Counted from the stretch's first letter, positions 50,305-62,574 are shown. The stretch: 64,000 nucleotides of DNA from Eledone cirrhosa (GCA_964016885.1 OZ024741.1:393576001-393640000), one strand, 5' to 3'. The notes: generated by a model from the sequence alone, not told the origin. Made by a program: numbers and translations.

Positions 50305-50456
50305 CTGGCATATTTTGTCAAGAGATGTCACAAAATATTCATCGCATACGATTGATAATGCATAAAACATGTATAAACCCAAAATAAAATGCAAAACCAT
50401 AGCACCATGATATCGCTGGTCATTTGTAAATAAGTCTGGTGGAAACTCTTTATAGG
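50305..50456 (-). CDS. SLC24A: SLC24/NCKX K+-dependent Na+/Ca2+ exchanger, internal exon (152 nt, first seen in window)
   Basis: Acceptor ttctcag, donor gtaag. Translates (A)[50 protein letters not shown], matching the NCKX EFP.DLF...YMF.AL.IVCD.YFV.SL..IC motif. In phase with the next exon. Confidence 0.95.
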
Positions 50457-51149
50457 CTGAGAACAGAAAGGGAAAATATATTTTAAAAATTAAATTTATA
50501 TGTAACATCCAGAAATGTATTTATAAATAAAAGATTATTTGACATATAGGCTTAAGTGTGGGAAAGCTGAATTTTGATTCTCGTAAAAGTAAAATTTCTG
50601 AACCCATTCTCTATCCTTATTTTACTTCACTAATAAACGTAAATTCTTAGTTTGTTTGTTTTATTTTTTAAAAGATAGATATGTTTGAAAAATATATATT
50701 GTTTTCTATTAACCCTTTCTTTACCAAATTTTTAATGAAAAACACTAATGATTTTCAAATCTTTTAAAAAATAATTAAGAATTTTGAAGGATATAGTAAT
50801 GTAAATCACTTTTTCATTATTAAGGTGGTGTGAGGGTGGTGGATTGGCAGTATTGTGAGATCATCAGACACCATGCATAATGGTTAGCTTTGCCTTTTAT
50901 CCTTACGGGGTTGATGAAATAAAATACCAGTAATGCACTGGAGTCAATTCAATTGACTTCTCTTCCCCCAAAATTGTTGGCATTGTGGCTATACCAGAAA
51001 CCATTATTAAGGTGGTGTTTGTAATATAACATTGTATTGGGTGCCTGTTATCGTGACACTAGCACTAGAAAGGCTGTGTTAAATCTTTGGGCTATCTGGG
51101 AAGTTCTCTCTCCTCTCTGATCTTACCATTCAATATTATTTGTCGGTGA

Positions 51150-51330
51150 ATTGGCAGTATTGGTAGAGGGTTGGACGCCATGCTTTCTAGCATAGTTACG
51201 TTCCTTTACAGTCTGAGTTCAAATCCCGCCGAGGTTTACTTTGCCTTTCATCCTTACGGGGTCGATAAAATAAAGTACCAGTAATGTACTGTGTAATTGC
51301 TGGCCTTGTGCCAAAAGTAGAAACAATTAT
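51150..51330 (+). mobile_element. Deu/Nin-type tRNA SINE, full copy
   Basis: tggcagtattggtag (A box-like), gagttcaaatccc (B box), Nin-type core, ATT tail. Confidence 0.85.
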
Positions 51331-53884
51331 TTGTTGTGGTCATATCACTCTGAGGCAAGCTTAGGCCACCTTGTTCCAGGGAGACATGATCAATAGTGGG
51401 GATAGTGAGGAGGCCTAAGATGGGTATATGTGCAGGACTATGATGGTAAAGAAGACATAGCTACATATTAATTGTTGGTATGGGGAGGAGGAGGGTGGTT
51501 AACAGCAAAAATGTAATAAAAAACTAGTGTGGATGAGCCCTATGGGAGTGAGAGAGTGAGTGATGTTATCTAGTGATAGCAAGTGCCCTGATAGAGGAGA
51601 GAGAGAGCTATGGTGAGTAGTGGTAGATAATGGTGGAGATAAGTAGATGGTTGGATGGGGGATGGAGGCAAGAGTACATAATACATAAGAGAGTATTAAT
51701 AATAGTGGGGTTGGTGGGATTGGACATAGTGAAGCCATTTGCTAGAGCTAGCTACATGGTGGTGTTGCATTATCTTCTTACTATCTAATATATTTGGTAT
51801 TGAGGGGAGTGAGGGACATTTAATTGGACCATTTAGAGAGCATTACTTGTAATGGTGGAGGGATTTGCTCCAGCACTGCATACCACCATTCATTATGGTC
51901 TTTCATCATCATCATCGTGAAATTTAGCTTCTTGAGGTCTATCTTCATCACTTTGTTCCACATCTTCTTCAGGTTCATCTTCCATAAGTTCCATCAAATT
52001 CAGGTGTTTAACACTTCTTTATACAGCTAACATCCTCTGAGCATACAATTGCAACCTTCTCTCATGTGTACTATATCTGATTCCCCTTATACTATGTACT
52101 GCTGTTCATGCACACTTACATTACACATCATATATCCCTGAGGTTAACACCAAAATAAAATTAAAACTAAATTATGAGAGACACACCACATATCTCACAA
52201 AACATCAAGTTACAAAACACAACACCTACATAAAAAACGAATGTCCATTACAAACAAACTCTTCTATTAAATCATCTCACATTTTACAAATATAATACTT
52301 ACATACAAAACAGTACACTAAATATATACATTATATACAAACACTATACATCATATTGATATTATTTCTCTACAATCACCCTACAATCAAGAAAGGATTC
52401 TATTACTTCTTTCAATATTATTATTTTTAATATCTAGAAGCATGTAAGCTATACTGCAGGTTTACTTTTCCTTGCTAAATGAAGTAAACTTTTGTCCCAC
52501 ACCTTTTCTTCATTTGATAATGAATATCATAGCAAAAGGATCATGAAAAAAAAGGACATTCCTTTAATCAGCACGAAAATCAAGAAATAAGGGTTTAGCA
52601 TTTAAATAATTTAACCTAGCAGAAACAAACAATGTCAGAGAACTGAAAGAAAAAAAAAACAAACAACAACATAAAACAAGTTAGCTTCTCATGTCAAGAA
52701 GATAATCAATTCTTTATGGAAAAATTTAACCATAAGTTATAGAAGAAATGTTTTTAGACTTGCCATTAGAAAATGCCACCCAAATGCCAGAATCTGCATA
52801 AAAATTTTGCTGAAAAAAAAATCAGTTTATTTTTTTTGGCACAAAAGTAAAGGCATTTCAATTTTATTTAGATGCTATCTTCTCCAGTAAACCAAGAAAT
52901 TCTTTTTTTATCTGATACCCAATCATAGATGTCTGTGAAGATCAAATGAAAAATTCAACAGAAATTGCTTATAACAGACAAAGATGGTGACATTAGAGTG
53001 TGGAGGTATTTCACGTGTCAAGATGTTTGACTATTACATTCCTCTGCAGTAAAAATGTCACTGCACAATATGAAATTTTACTAAATTGACTTCTCTTTAT
53101 AGGTTATTTATTCCAGAAAGGCAATTAACTAACCTAATAATGCATCTATTCATTCTACTAAATCTCTCACATCATAAAAATTGGGACATTATTTTGGTCT
53201 TCACAGTCCCCAGACCTATATAGAAAATATATGTAAAATCATTATGTCAAAGCTGAATTCAAAAAGTGTTAAATACAAGCTATCTTTACTTCTTACTATT
53301 CAAAAGTTTAGTAACAATTGGAGACTGGTTTATTGAAAATGCTTTCTGCCAGCATAATTGAAATATCTACCAGATAATAGGTATAGGGACAAACAGAGAG
53401 ATATTGTGATTTATCTCCATAAACATTAAAATACCCAATATACACTGGTAGCCAGATAGGAAAATTCCAGATAGGAAAATTCTGTTATTGTAATAAGCAT
53501 TTGTAAATAACTGTTTATATCTCCACTCTCTTTCTCTCTCTCACACTCACAGACGCACATACATTCATGCATATATCTAGAATATTAAATGAAAATTTGT
53601 GTGTATATGTGTGTTCACATAGCTTATTGGCTTATAGACTCTCTATAGGCTCCAACTGTATCTCTTTTACCCTGTCTGAGGAGCTGTTGCTGTATTTTTC
53701 CCTATGTTTGTAGCTTTTATTCTCACTCTCTTTCTCTGTATAAGTCTCTACCTCTCTCTCTCTGCAATTCTTAGTATATCTATTTTAACATAAATGACTG
53801 AAAGTATAAGTATTGTACTTAAGTACTAATTAAATAAATCCACAAAATCAAATATGTTGTTGCCTTTTAATTGTAAGAGATTTG

Positions 53885-54402
53885 CATTCGGCAATCAGAA
53901 GAAGGGAGGCAGGTGTAAAAGCCAAATTCACTATCTTCAATTTGGTATTCATGCCAATCCTTACCTATGGTCATGAATCTTGGGTAATGACTGAAGGAAT
54001 ACAATCACGAATACAATACCTGAAATGGGGTTCTTTCAAAGGGTCTTTGGAGTAACATTACTACGGAGCTTGGAGATAGTGAGTTGCTCCAAGTAGAGCT
54101 GCTACATCTCTGAATTGACAGATCACAGCTCCAATATTATGAACATGTGGTTAGAATGTCTCAAGAAAGAATTGCTGAACAGATTTTATGGGCGAAAACC
54201 AACTGGCAGGAGACCTGGGGTAGGTCCCAAACAAGATGGTTGGATTATATCTATGAGCTCAGCTGTTCTCACTTGGGGATCCTGCTGGATCAATTGAAGT
54301 TTGTTACTTCTAACTGGACCTACTGGATGGTGTGCTTGAGGACTCTGCCTCCACAACCCTCCCAAGAAGAAGAAGAAGAAGAAGAAGAAGAAGAAGAAGA
54401 AG
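53885..54402 (+). mobile_element. RTE 3' end with (GAA)n tail
   Basis: LTYGHESWVM, VRMSQERIA, PPQPSQ then (GAA)n. Confidence 0.8.
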
Positions 54403-54639
54403 CTATGGAGTATTCAATTTTATGTGAAAATCATTAAATATTTCAATCTCATAAGAGCTGCTGAGCTGTTTTAGTCATGCCTCTGTATATTACTAGTCCA
54501 TAAACCATCTTTGCTTAAAATAGTTAGGGTTCACCATTTTACAGAGAATAGATAGTGCATTAATTTAAATAAATTGCAAGATGAAATATTCATATGATTT
54601 GTATGTCAAAAAATGTAGTTTTCTCTTTTCATACAGTTG

Positions 54640-55070
54640 TCAACATTAATACATACCTTATGAAACACACACGTACAAATTTCCACTATCAGAAAACCAC
54701 CTTCAAGGTAACACACACACACGTATACTCATGCACACATGTACAGCTCTACATACAAAACGTATTGTTTTCCATTTCAGATAGACACTCTCCATCATCA
54801 CCTTTTCAAAAAAGTACATCATACACAAAATGCCAGCATCAACAGTTTTCCAAGAGATGGCAACATGAATGGAATTGTTATTTTTCTCTAAAAACATTTT
54901 TTCCGATTACGCCCCACCCGTCCCTTCAATCTTTCTAATTTCTCATTCTTTTGATGAAGGACTCGCGTCCGAAACGTTAAGACCCTCTTCCTGCTATATC
55001 AAGCGTTAAACTAGTATATTTCTTCCATATACTGTACCAATTGTGTTGTTATTTCTGTTTACCTTTTACA
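54640..55070 (+). mobile_element. Penelope-derived non-autonomous element, second copy
   Basis: Matches about 8100-8375 closely. HHR at 54947. Confidence 0.65.
54947..54982 (+). ncRNA. Minimal type I hammerhead motif
   Basis: TCTT TTGATGA A GGAC tcgc GTCC GAAA CGT TA AGA. Palindromic AACGTT stem III; C3 changed to U. Confidence 0.6.
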
Positions 55071-55746
55071 CACACACACACATACAATATGGTTAATGTC
55101 TTCAACACATAAAAGTTGCTACCTCCAGTTTCAAATTTTCAAACATTGCATGTATGCTAGAATGTGCTATTGTATATACACATGCGATGCTATGTTTCAG
55201 GCAACTGTAAAGTAAGATGGCTGGGGTTTTTAATGTGATATCTTGTTAGGTCTAAGAGGGATAACCCTGTACCTTAATTGGCTTTTTGTTTTCCTCATGC
55301 AAGTGGAATAACTCTTGCTAATATTTTGAATCAATTACTAAACTGTATTTTCAAGTCTAGGGAAAAGACTGTTGCTTATAAGGTGTATCATGATGTGTAT
55401 TAGAGTCAAATTCTGATTATGTATCTGCTAGTGTTTGAGGCCCTTCTGCATATCTGGGTGTGAATTTCTCTAAGGTGTTTGTGGGTATACGATATTACTA
55501 TCAAATTAGTCGTAAAGTTATATGTCAAAGTTTGTATAGGATACATATTATATATGTGCATTTGTATGTTACTATACGTATCCTGGTGTTGTGTCTAAGG
55601 TGTTTGTAGGTTTGTGATAATGTTGGCCTATGCCGCAAGCAGGTGTGCGGTCATATGTTGGCATTTTCTGAACCCTGTAATATCCTGTATTTTTCACTAA
55701 TACAGAGGGAACATTTTTTTCCCCTTTAATATAGGGCTTGGTCTTA

Positions 55747-56170
55747 TCATCATCATCATCACCATCACCGTTTTACGTCCGTTCTTCCACGCTAGCATGG
55801 GTTAGACGGGTTGTCCTGTTGTGGGCAGTAGCCGGTCGGCTGATCATGCCTTGCTCATACGGGAACTGATTCTGGCTTGATATCTACAGCTGGATGCCCT
55901 TCCTAACACCAACCTCATTTACAGTGAGTGCTGGGTGCTTTTTTTCCGTGGCGCCTACACACCCACTTTACAATGTGGGCTGGGTGCTTTTTTGCCGTGG
56001 CACCTCCACGACCACTTTGCAGTGGGAGGGTGTGGGGGCATATTGTCTATATGCTTCAGCTTCGGCTTGTACCCGTGGGGCTCAGGTCTTCTGTATTACT
56101 GCGTGACGCCAGAGCTCACGCTCGTGTGCCTTTGAGAGGTGTAATTGGGTAAGGTCGGCTTTTATCACCT
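55747..56170 (-). mobile_element. RTE 3'UTR/tail fragment
   Basis: (ATC)n followed by the reverse complement of the RTE tail family. Confidence 0.85.
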
Positions 56171-56330
56171 TTATATATATATATATATATAAGTATTAAG
56201 TTGTTAAACAATATTCGATGATTATGTCAAAGAATGAGTTTTACAGTAGATTGGAAGCACTCAACGGGAAAATAATTTTCAGGAGTTATTAATATATAAG
56301 TATTAATAAAATAGATGTTCTTTTGATCAA

Positions 56331-56391
56331 TTACATTTTCTTATACATATTTCGGATGTAAAACAGTACGTCCACATCAGACAAAATATAA
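56331..56391 (-). ncRNA. Hammerhead motif with mutated core (CTGATGT)
   Basis: Mirror copy of 59730-59790 with the conserved A9 changed to U. Confidence 0.6.
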
Positions 56392-58911
56392 TGATACATG
56401 ACATACCCTGAGATATTAAATGGTTAAGATTTAATCAAGGTAGTGATTACCCGATAGAAAATTTTATTTATATAATATCTGTGTGAGAGTGCGAAAACGT
56501 AATGAATTCATTAGAGAGTGTGTGAGTAAGAAAAAAACGTTGCATACTTAAAGTGTTCTAAAATTTTAAATTGTATGATACTACGATATAATATATCTAG
56601 GGAAACGTCTCATGAATCATAGCAGCTAGTGATAGCCACTGGAAAAAGATTTATAAGGAGGGAAAGATAAAGTGTGTGTGTGTATGGGGGGGGGGGGATT
56701 CGAAAGTTAAACGGTTTAATTTATAATATTAGGGTGAAGACTCCAGATTTCACGATTATTTGCTATTTATTTATATATTATTTATATAAATTCGATAAGT
56801 GTGTTATCATTTCTAAACATCTGGATTGTGAGAATAACATTTTAAAGGATTTAGCTGGCACGTAAAGAATGAAATATTATACTGTTGATTAATTACCTAA
56901 ATCTAAACTTTAACAAATATCTCAATGTAAAGCTATGTAAAGCTTTTGAAGGTATGTAAAGCTTTTGAAGTACTTATTGTTATAAATATTTAAATAACTA
57001 TTATGTATAAAGGTATATATTAATGAGTCAGTATGTATAAGGTAAATAATACCGACGAAGATAAAAATAAAATAAAATAAAATAATATGTTACGGATAAA
57101 ATTTATACATATGTATAACTGGGTGTAAATGTACTAATTATTCTTCACATTTATATATAAGTTTGAATCCGTCTCAAATTTAGATTTTATAGTGCAGTAA
57201 GTATATTTAAAAGAAATATATGCTATATTATACTATAAATAATAGATCAAAAAGTCATTAAACATTTGGAGTTATGGATAAGTTTCGTAAAAGTTTTTGG
57301 ATTGGGTATTAAAACTAAAATTTAAAAGAGATTACAAATGTATTAAAAATTCACAGTTAAATAAATTCAATAGATATGTAAGGATTATGTAATGTACTAA
57401 ATTATAGATAAATGATGGTGTTGATCAAAGTTAACAAATAAAGTTGTATGTATCAATGTTTAGGCATGCTAATTGAAATATTGTCATTCATTCTAACGTT
57501 GTTTTTTCTATAGATATTTATAAAATAAAGCAATATTAAAGGCCATTGATGTTTTTTACTGTTGATTATATATTCCTGGTAACCGAGTTGTTATTGGTTC
57601 TTTCTTTCTTGTTTCATGTGAGGCTAAAAAAGTGGACATAGCTTTATGGAGGTAATTAGAGAATAATTCACTTTTTTTGTTAAATAAGGTCTCATAATTA
57701 TTAATAATCAACAGGGTCTCCATTGTACAGAGCGGGCAGTTATTTGATATACTAGAGTTGCGGTAAATTCCACAGTTCCGAAGTTTTGTCCAAAGAATGG
57801 AGTATTCCAGATTCTTCTCTTTTAAAGACCATATGAGCTGTGATAAAGACGTGGATGATTTCTTCTTAGAGTTCGAGAATGAGTATTTATGGTTCGCGAA
57901 ACGAAGTTTGAATGTGGACGAAAAACCAAACCAACATAATGATCATAATAATAGAGTTAACATTAATGATACTAAACCAAATTGTAATTGTAGAAATAAA
58001 AGTAATTGCCCTTTGCAAAATAATTGTTTAGATAGTAATTTGGTTTATAAATGCACCGTAAAAACTGACCATAAAACATACAATTACATTGGATCAACCT
58101 CGTCCTCGAAAAAACAACGTTAGAATGAATGACAATATTTCAATTAGCATGCCTAAACATTGATACATACAACTTTATTTGTTAACTTTAATCAACACCA
58201 TCATTTATCTATAATTTAGTACATTACATAATCCTTACATATCTATTGAATTTATTTAACTGTGAATTTTTAATACATTTGTAATCTCTTTTAAATTTTA
58301 GTTTTAATACCCAATCTAAAAATTTTTATGAAATTTATCCATAACTCTAAATGTTTAATGACTTTTTGATCTATTATTTATAGTATAATATAACATATAT
58401 TTCTTTTAAATATACTTACTGCACTATAAAATCTAAATTTGAGACGGATTCAAACTTATATATAAATGTGAATTTTACGCTGTACTTTCGATCTCTTATT
58501 TATTTATTTATTTATTTATAATATAATGTTTTATAATATATATGTAGTTATATATTGTATTTTAAATATTTTAAAATATACCTACCATACTTCTATATAC
58601 ATGATTCAAATATTGAGAAAATATCCAAACTAAAAATATTATAGACATTATTTTGAACTTTATACATGCACTCATTATTCGTTTTTCTTATATGTATATA
58701 TATATTTAAATGTAACAGTATGTTAAGAGTATACTACATTAATAATACCTAATATATATCTATATATATATACATCCCTATATCTAATAATATGTTGATA
58801 TCTTGGTTGAAGAATAATTAGTACATTTACACCCAATTATACATATGTATAAATTTTATCCGTAACATATTATTTTATTTTATTTTATTTTTATCTTCGT
58901 CGGTATTATTT

Positions 58912-59090
58912 TGGCAGTATCAGTAGAGAGTCGGACGCCATGCTTTCCAGCATAGTTACGTCCCTTTACGGTCTGTGTTCAAATCCCGCCGAGGTTAACT
59001 TTGCCTTTCATCCTTACGGGGTCGATAAAATAAAGTACCAGTAATGTACTGAGTAATTGCTGGCCTTGTGTCAAAAGTAGAAACAGTTAT
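58912..59090 (+). mobile_element. Deu/Nin-type SINE inserted in the right arm only
   Basis: Left arm shows the empty site at about 57040-57050. TTATTT occurs on both sides of the insert. Confidence 0.9.
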
Positions 59091-59729
59091 TTACCTTATA
59101 CATACTGACTCATTAATATATACCTATATACATAATAGTTATTCAAATATTTATAACAATAAGTACTTCAAAAGCTTTACATACCTAATATGTTGAGATA
59201 TTTGTTAAAGCTTAGATTTAGGTAATTAATCAACAGCATAATATTTCATTCTTTACCTGCCAGCTAAATTCTTTAAAATGTTATTCTCACAATCCAGATG
59301 TTTAGAAATGATAACACACTTATCGCATTTATATAAATAATATATAAATAAATAGCAAATAATCCTGAAATCTGGAGTCTTCACATTAATATTATAAATT
59401 AAATATTTTCAAAGTCTAACCGTTTAACTTTCGACCCCCCCCCCCACACTTTATCTTTCCCTCCTTATAAATCTTTTTCCAGTGGGTATCACTGGCTGTT
59501 ATGATTCATGAGACGTTTCCCTAGATATATTATATCGTAGTATCATACAATTTAAAATTTTAGAACACTTTAAGTATGCAACGTTTTTTTCTTACTCACA
59601 CACTCTCTAATGAATTCATTACGTTTTCGCACTCTCACACAGATATTATATAAGTAAAATTTTCTATCGGGTAATCACTACCTTGATTAAATCTTAACCA
59701 TTTAACATCTCAAGGTATGTCATGTATTA

Positions 59730-59790
59730 TTATATTTTGTCTGATGAGGACGTACTGTTTTACATCCGAAATATGTATAAGAAAATGTAA
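59730..59790 (+). ncRNA. Type I hammerhead motif (PLE 3' region)
   Basis: TTATATTTTGT CTGATGA GGACGTA ctgttt TACATCC GAAA TATG TA TA AGAAAATGTAA. Confidence 0.75.
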
Positions 59791-59861
59791 TTGATCAAAA
59801 TGTAATTGAACATCTATTTTATTAATACTTATATATATATATATATATATATTATAGAAGG

Positions 59862-59912
59862 AGCTTCTACAGGACTAGTACTGTTTCATTCAGATGAAAT
59901 CTTCAGGAAGCT
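59862..59912 (-). ncRNA. Type I hammerhead motif (family B)
   Basis: Exact reverse complement of 61445-61495. Confidence 0.8.
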
Positions 59913-60393
59913 GGGTATCATATTAAGTTCTGGTATTTATACATTTAGGTAGTGGTAAGGGAGGGGTGGTGGATGGGGGGGGGGGTATTTAGATACACAG
60001 GATCACTTCATGGCACAGACCGTTTTTTCTTTGGGGAGTGGTCAATTAGCCAGAGTGCTTTTTTGAAATAAATAAATAAGTAAATAAATAAATAAATAAA
60101 TGAATAAATAGATAAATGAATAAATAAATAAATAAAAAAAAAAAATAAAAAAAAAAAAAATAAAAACCCCAAGAATAGTAATTCAATATATAGTAGGGAA
60201 ATTTTTTAGGTGGGTTGGTAATAGAAATGAAGCATTTAACAAGACCGAATCATGGCACAGACTGGGGTGAGTGGTCAAGTTAACATACAAGCCACAGGTG
60301 GCCAGAGTGTTTTTGTAGGATGGAAAGAATAAAATATATTTACATATTCACAACCACATACAAAAACACTTACACACACACATACATATATAC

Positions 60394-60426
<33 letters not shown>

Positions 60427-60440
60427 CACACCTACACATT

Positions 60441-60482
<42 letters not shown>

Positions 60483-60660
60483 TATGTGTGTGCGTATACA
60501 CATACACATACACATACACACACATACATATACACACACACACACATACATACACATATATACATATATACACAAGAAAAACACAAACACACAAATATAC
60601 ACACACACGCGCATACACATACACACACATATATATATCTACACATACACACGTGCGCAT

Positions 60661-60691
<31 letters not shown>

Positions 60692-60892
60692 TGTATACAT
60701 ATATATATATATACACACCTACATGTACGTATATATCTCGGTATAAACTATACTATACATACACATACATACATATGCACACACATACATACACATACAT
60801 ACACACACACATACATTCACACATATATATACATATATAAACATACACACACACATACATATATAATCTCATATATATATATATATATATAT

Positions 60893-61314
60893 TTCGTTTC
60901 TGAATTTGTTTAGCAAGATTCTTTATCTGAAATCGTGTGTTGAAACCGATATTGTTATACTTTGGGAGGGTCATGTTGCCAATTAGAAACACACGCACCA
61001 GTTGCTTTCACTTCAATTTATTATAATAAATTTATAATAAATTTATAAATTTATAAATTTCTGGTTGGTTGGTTGGTTCCACAACCAGATAGTTGTTTAT
61101 ACATAGTCATAGTTCTTTCGTCACACACTCTGTGACCTCTTCAGTGACTGGGGATTCCTTTCTTTGTTTCTGTGCCTCTCCTTTGTTCTGTCCTACGCCA
61201 TTTTGTTTCTGTGTGTGTGTTGTGTGCTCAGTCTGCGCATGCGCCACATCCGGGTGTCTGTGTGTGTTTATGTTCATTTGAAAGCAACTGGTGCGTGTGT
61301 TTCTTATTGGCAAC
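60893..61314 (-). mobile_element. Hammerhead mini-element family A, copy 2
   Basis: Inverted homologue of 48545-48870. Its 5' end (61279-61314) is an inverted copy of 60975-61010. Confidence 0.85.
61105..61149 (-). ncRNA. Minimal type I hammerhead motif (family A)
   Basis: AGTCA CTGAAGA G GTCACA gagtg TGTGAC GAAA GAAC TA TGACT. Perfect stems I and II. Confidence 0.75.
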
Positions 61315-61444
61315 GGCCTGTGCCATGAAGTGGTCCTGTGTATCTAAATACCATCCTACCCCCAAAAATCCACCCCCCCCCCATCCACCACCCCTCCCTT
61401 ACCACTACCTAAATGTATAAATACCAGAACTTAATATGACACCC

Positions 61445-61495
61445 AGCTTCCTGAAGATTTCATCTGAATGAAACAGTACTAGTCCTGTAGAAGCT
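61445..61495 (+). ncRNA. Type I hammerhead motif (family B)
   Basis: AGCTTC CTGAAGA T TTCA tc TGAA T GAAA CAG tactagtc CTG TA GAAGCT. GUA triplet. Confidence 0.8.
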
Positions 61496-61581
61496 CCTTC
61501 TATAAAATGAAAAAAATTTACTCTGCCATGTATTGAGTACCTTACTTACTGTGGTTATCCCCGACTCAACCCGGGACCTAC

Positions 61582-61582
<1 letters not shown>

Positions 61583-61652
<70 letters not shown>

Positions 61653-61654
61653 TG

Positions 61655-61686
<32 letters not shown>

Positions 61687-61813
61687 TGTATATATATATA
61701 TATATATATGCACATGTATATATATATATATATATGCACATGTATATATGTATATATATATATATATGCACATGTATATATATATATATATATGCACATG
61801 TATATATATATAT
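61583..61813. repeat. (TA)n tract with six periodic TGCACATG interruptions
   Basis: Directly visible; spacing about 26-34 bp. Confidence 0.95.
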
Positions 61814-61924
61814 AGTTCGAAATAACCCCCAAAAAATCAAAAAACAATAAACAAACAAATGTAGGAGTAAATGTTACATGGCATTATTAGCTTCATGCTT
61901 GGTAGAATATATATATATATATAT

Positions 61925-62574
61925 CAAAATTGATGGAAGTTACGGAGTAGGTAGACCCAGAAAAACCTGGGACTATTTGATAATAAATTCCGACCTTGCA
62001 CACTTGCACCTCTCTAAGACAACGTCACTGGATCGAGATCTTTGGCGTCACACAGTAATACAGAAGACTCGTGTTCCCTACGTGCAAATTTAACCTACAG
62101 TCAGTAGGGCCCTCCAAACCAAACATACATCTAAACCCACTACCCCTACTCCACTCTTCCACTCCCGCCGACACCACCCTTTCTCTATAAAGTTATGTTG
62201 GTACCACAACATCCAGTCCAAACTAATGAGGTTGTGTAGGTGTCACGACAAAGAAAAAGGAAGAAGGAAAAGGGAAGGGAAAAAAAGGGTTAAAAAAAGA
62301 AAGGGAGGGGAAAAAGAGGGAAAGAGAGAAGAGGAAAAAAAACAAAAAACACAGTCTACGCTGTAATGTGGCCGTGTAGGTAACACGGTAAAAAGCACCC
62401 AGTCCACATTGTAAATATGGTTGATGGTAGGAAGGGCATCCAACCGTAGAAAAACCTGCCAGACTCTTATATGAGCGAGACACGGTCACCCGACCAATCT
62501 TATTTCAAATTCCCGTCTAACCCATGCTAGCGTGGAAGATAGACATTAAACGATGATGATGATCATGATGATCA

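Larger units (their letters stand above)
56190..59836. mobile_element. Penelope-like element arranged as a large inverted repeat around a split GIY-YIG domain
   Basis: Arms 56293-57508 and 58108-59836. Centre has plus-strand CNCRNKSNCPLQNNC...VYKC...YIGSTSS and minus-strand STFKLRFANHKYSF...IWSLKEK...CPLCTME. Confidence 0.92.
59852..61582. mobile_element. Composite foldback: family B inverted arms (59852-60024 / 61312-61505) enclosing a CA/TA microsatellite and family A copy 2
   Basis: Arms are reverse complements apart from a short indel. (TA)n at both outer ends. Confidence 0.85.

Noticed and set aside
60320-61858. ORFs rich in Y/I/H/T/C/V
   Set aside because: Translations of TA/CA microsatellites.
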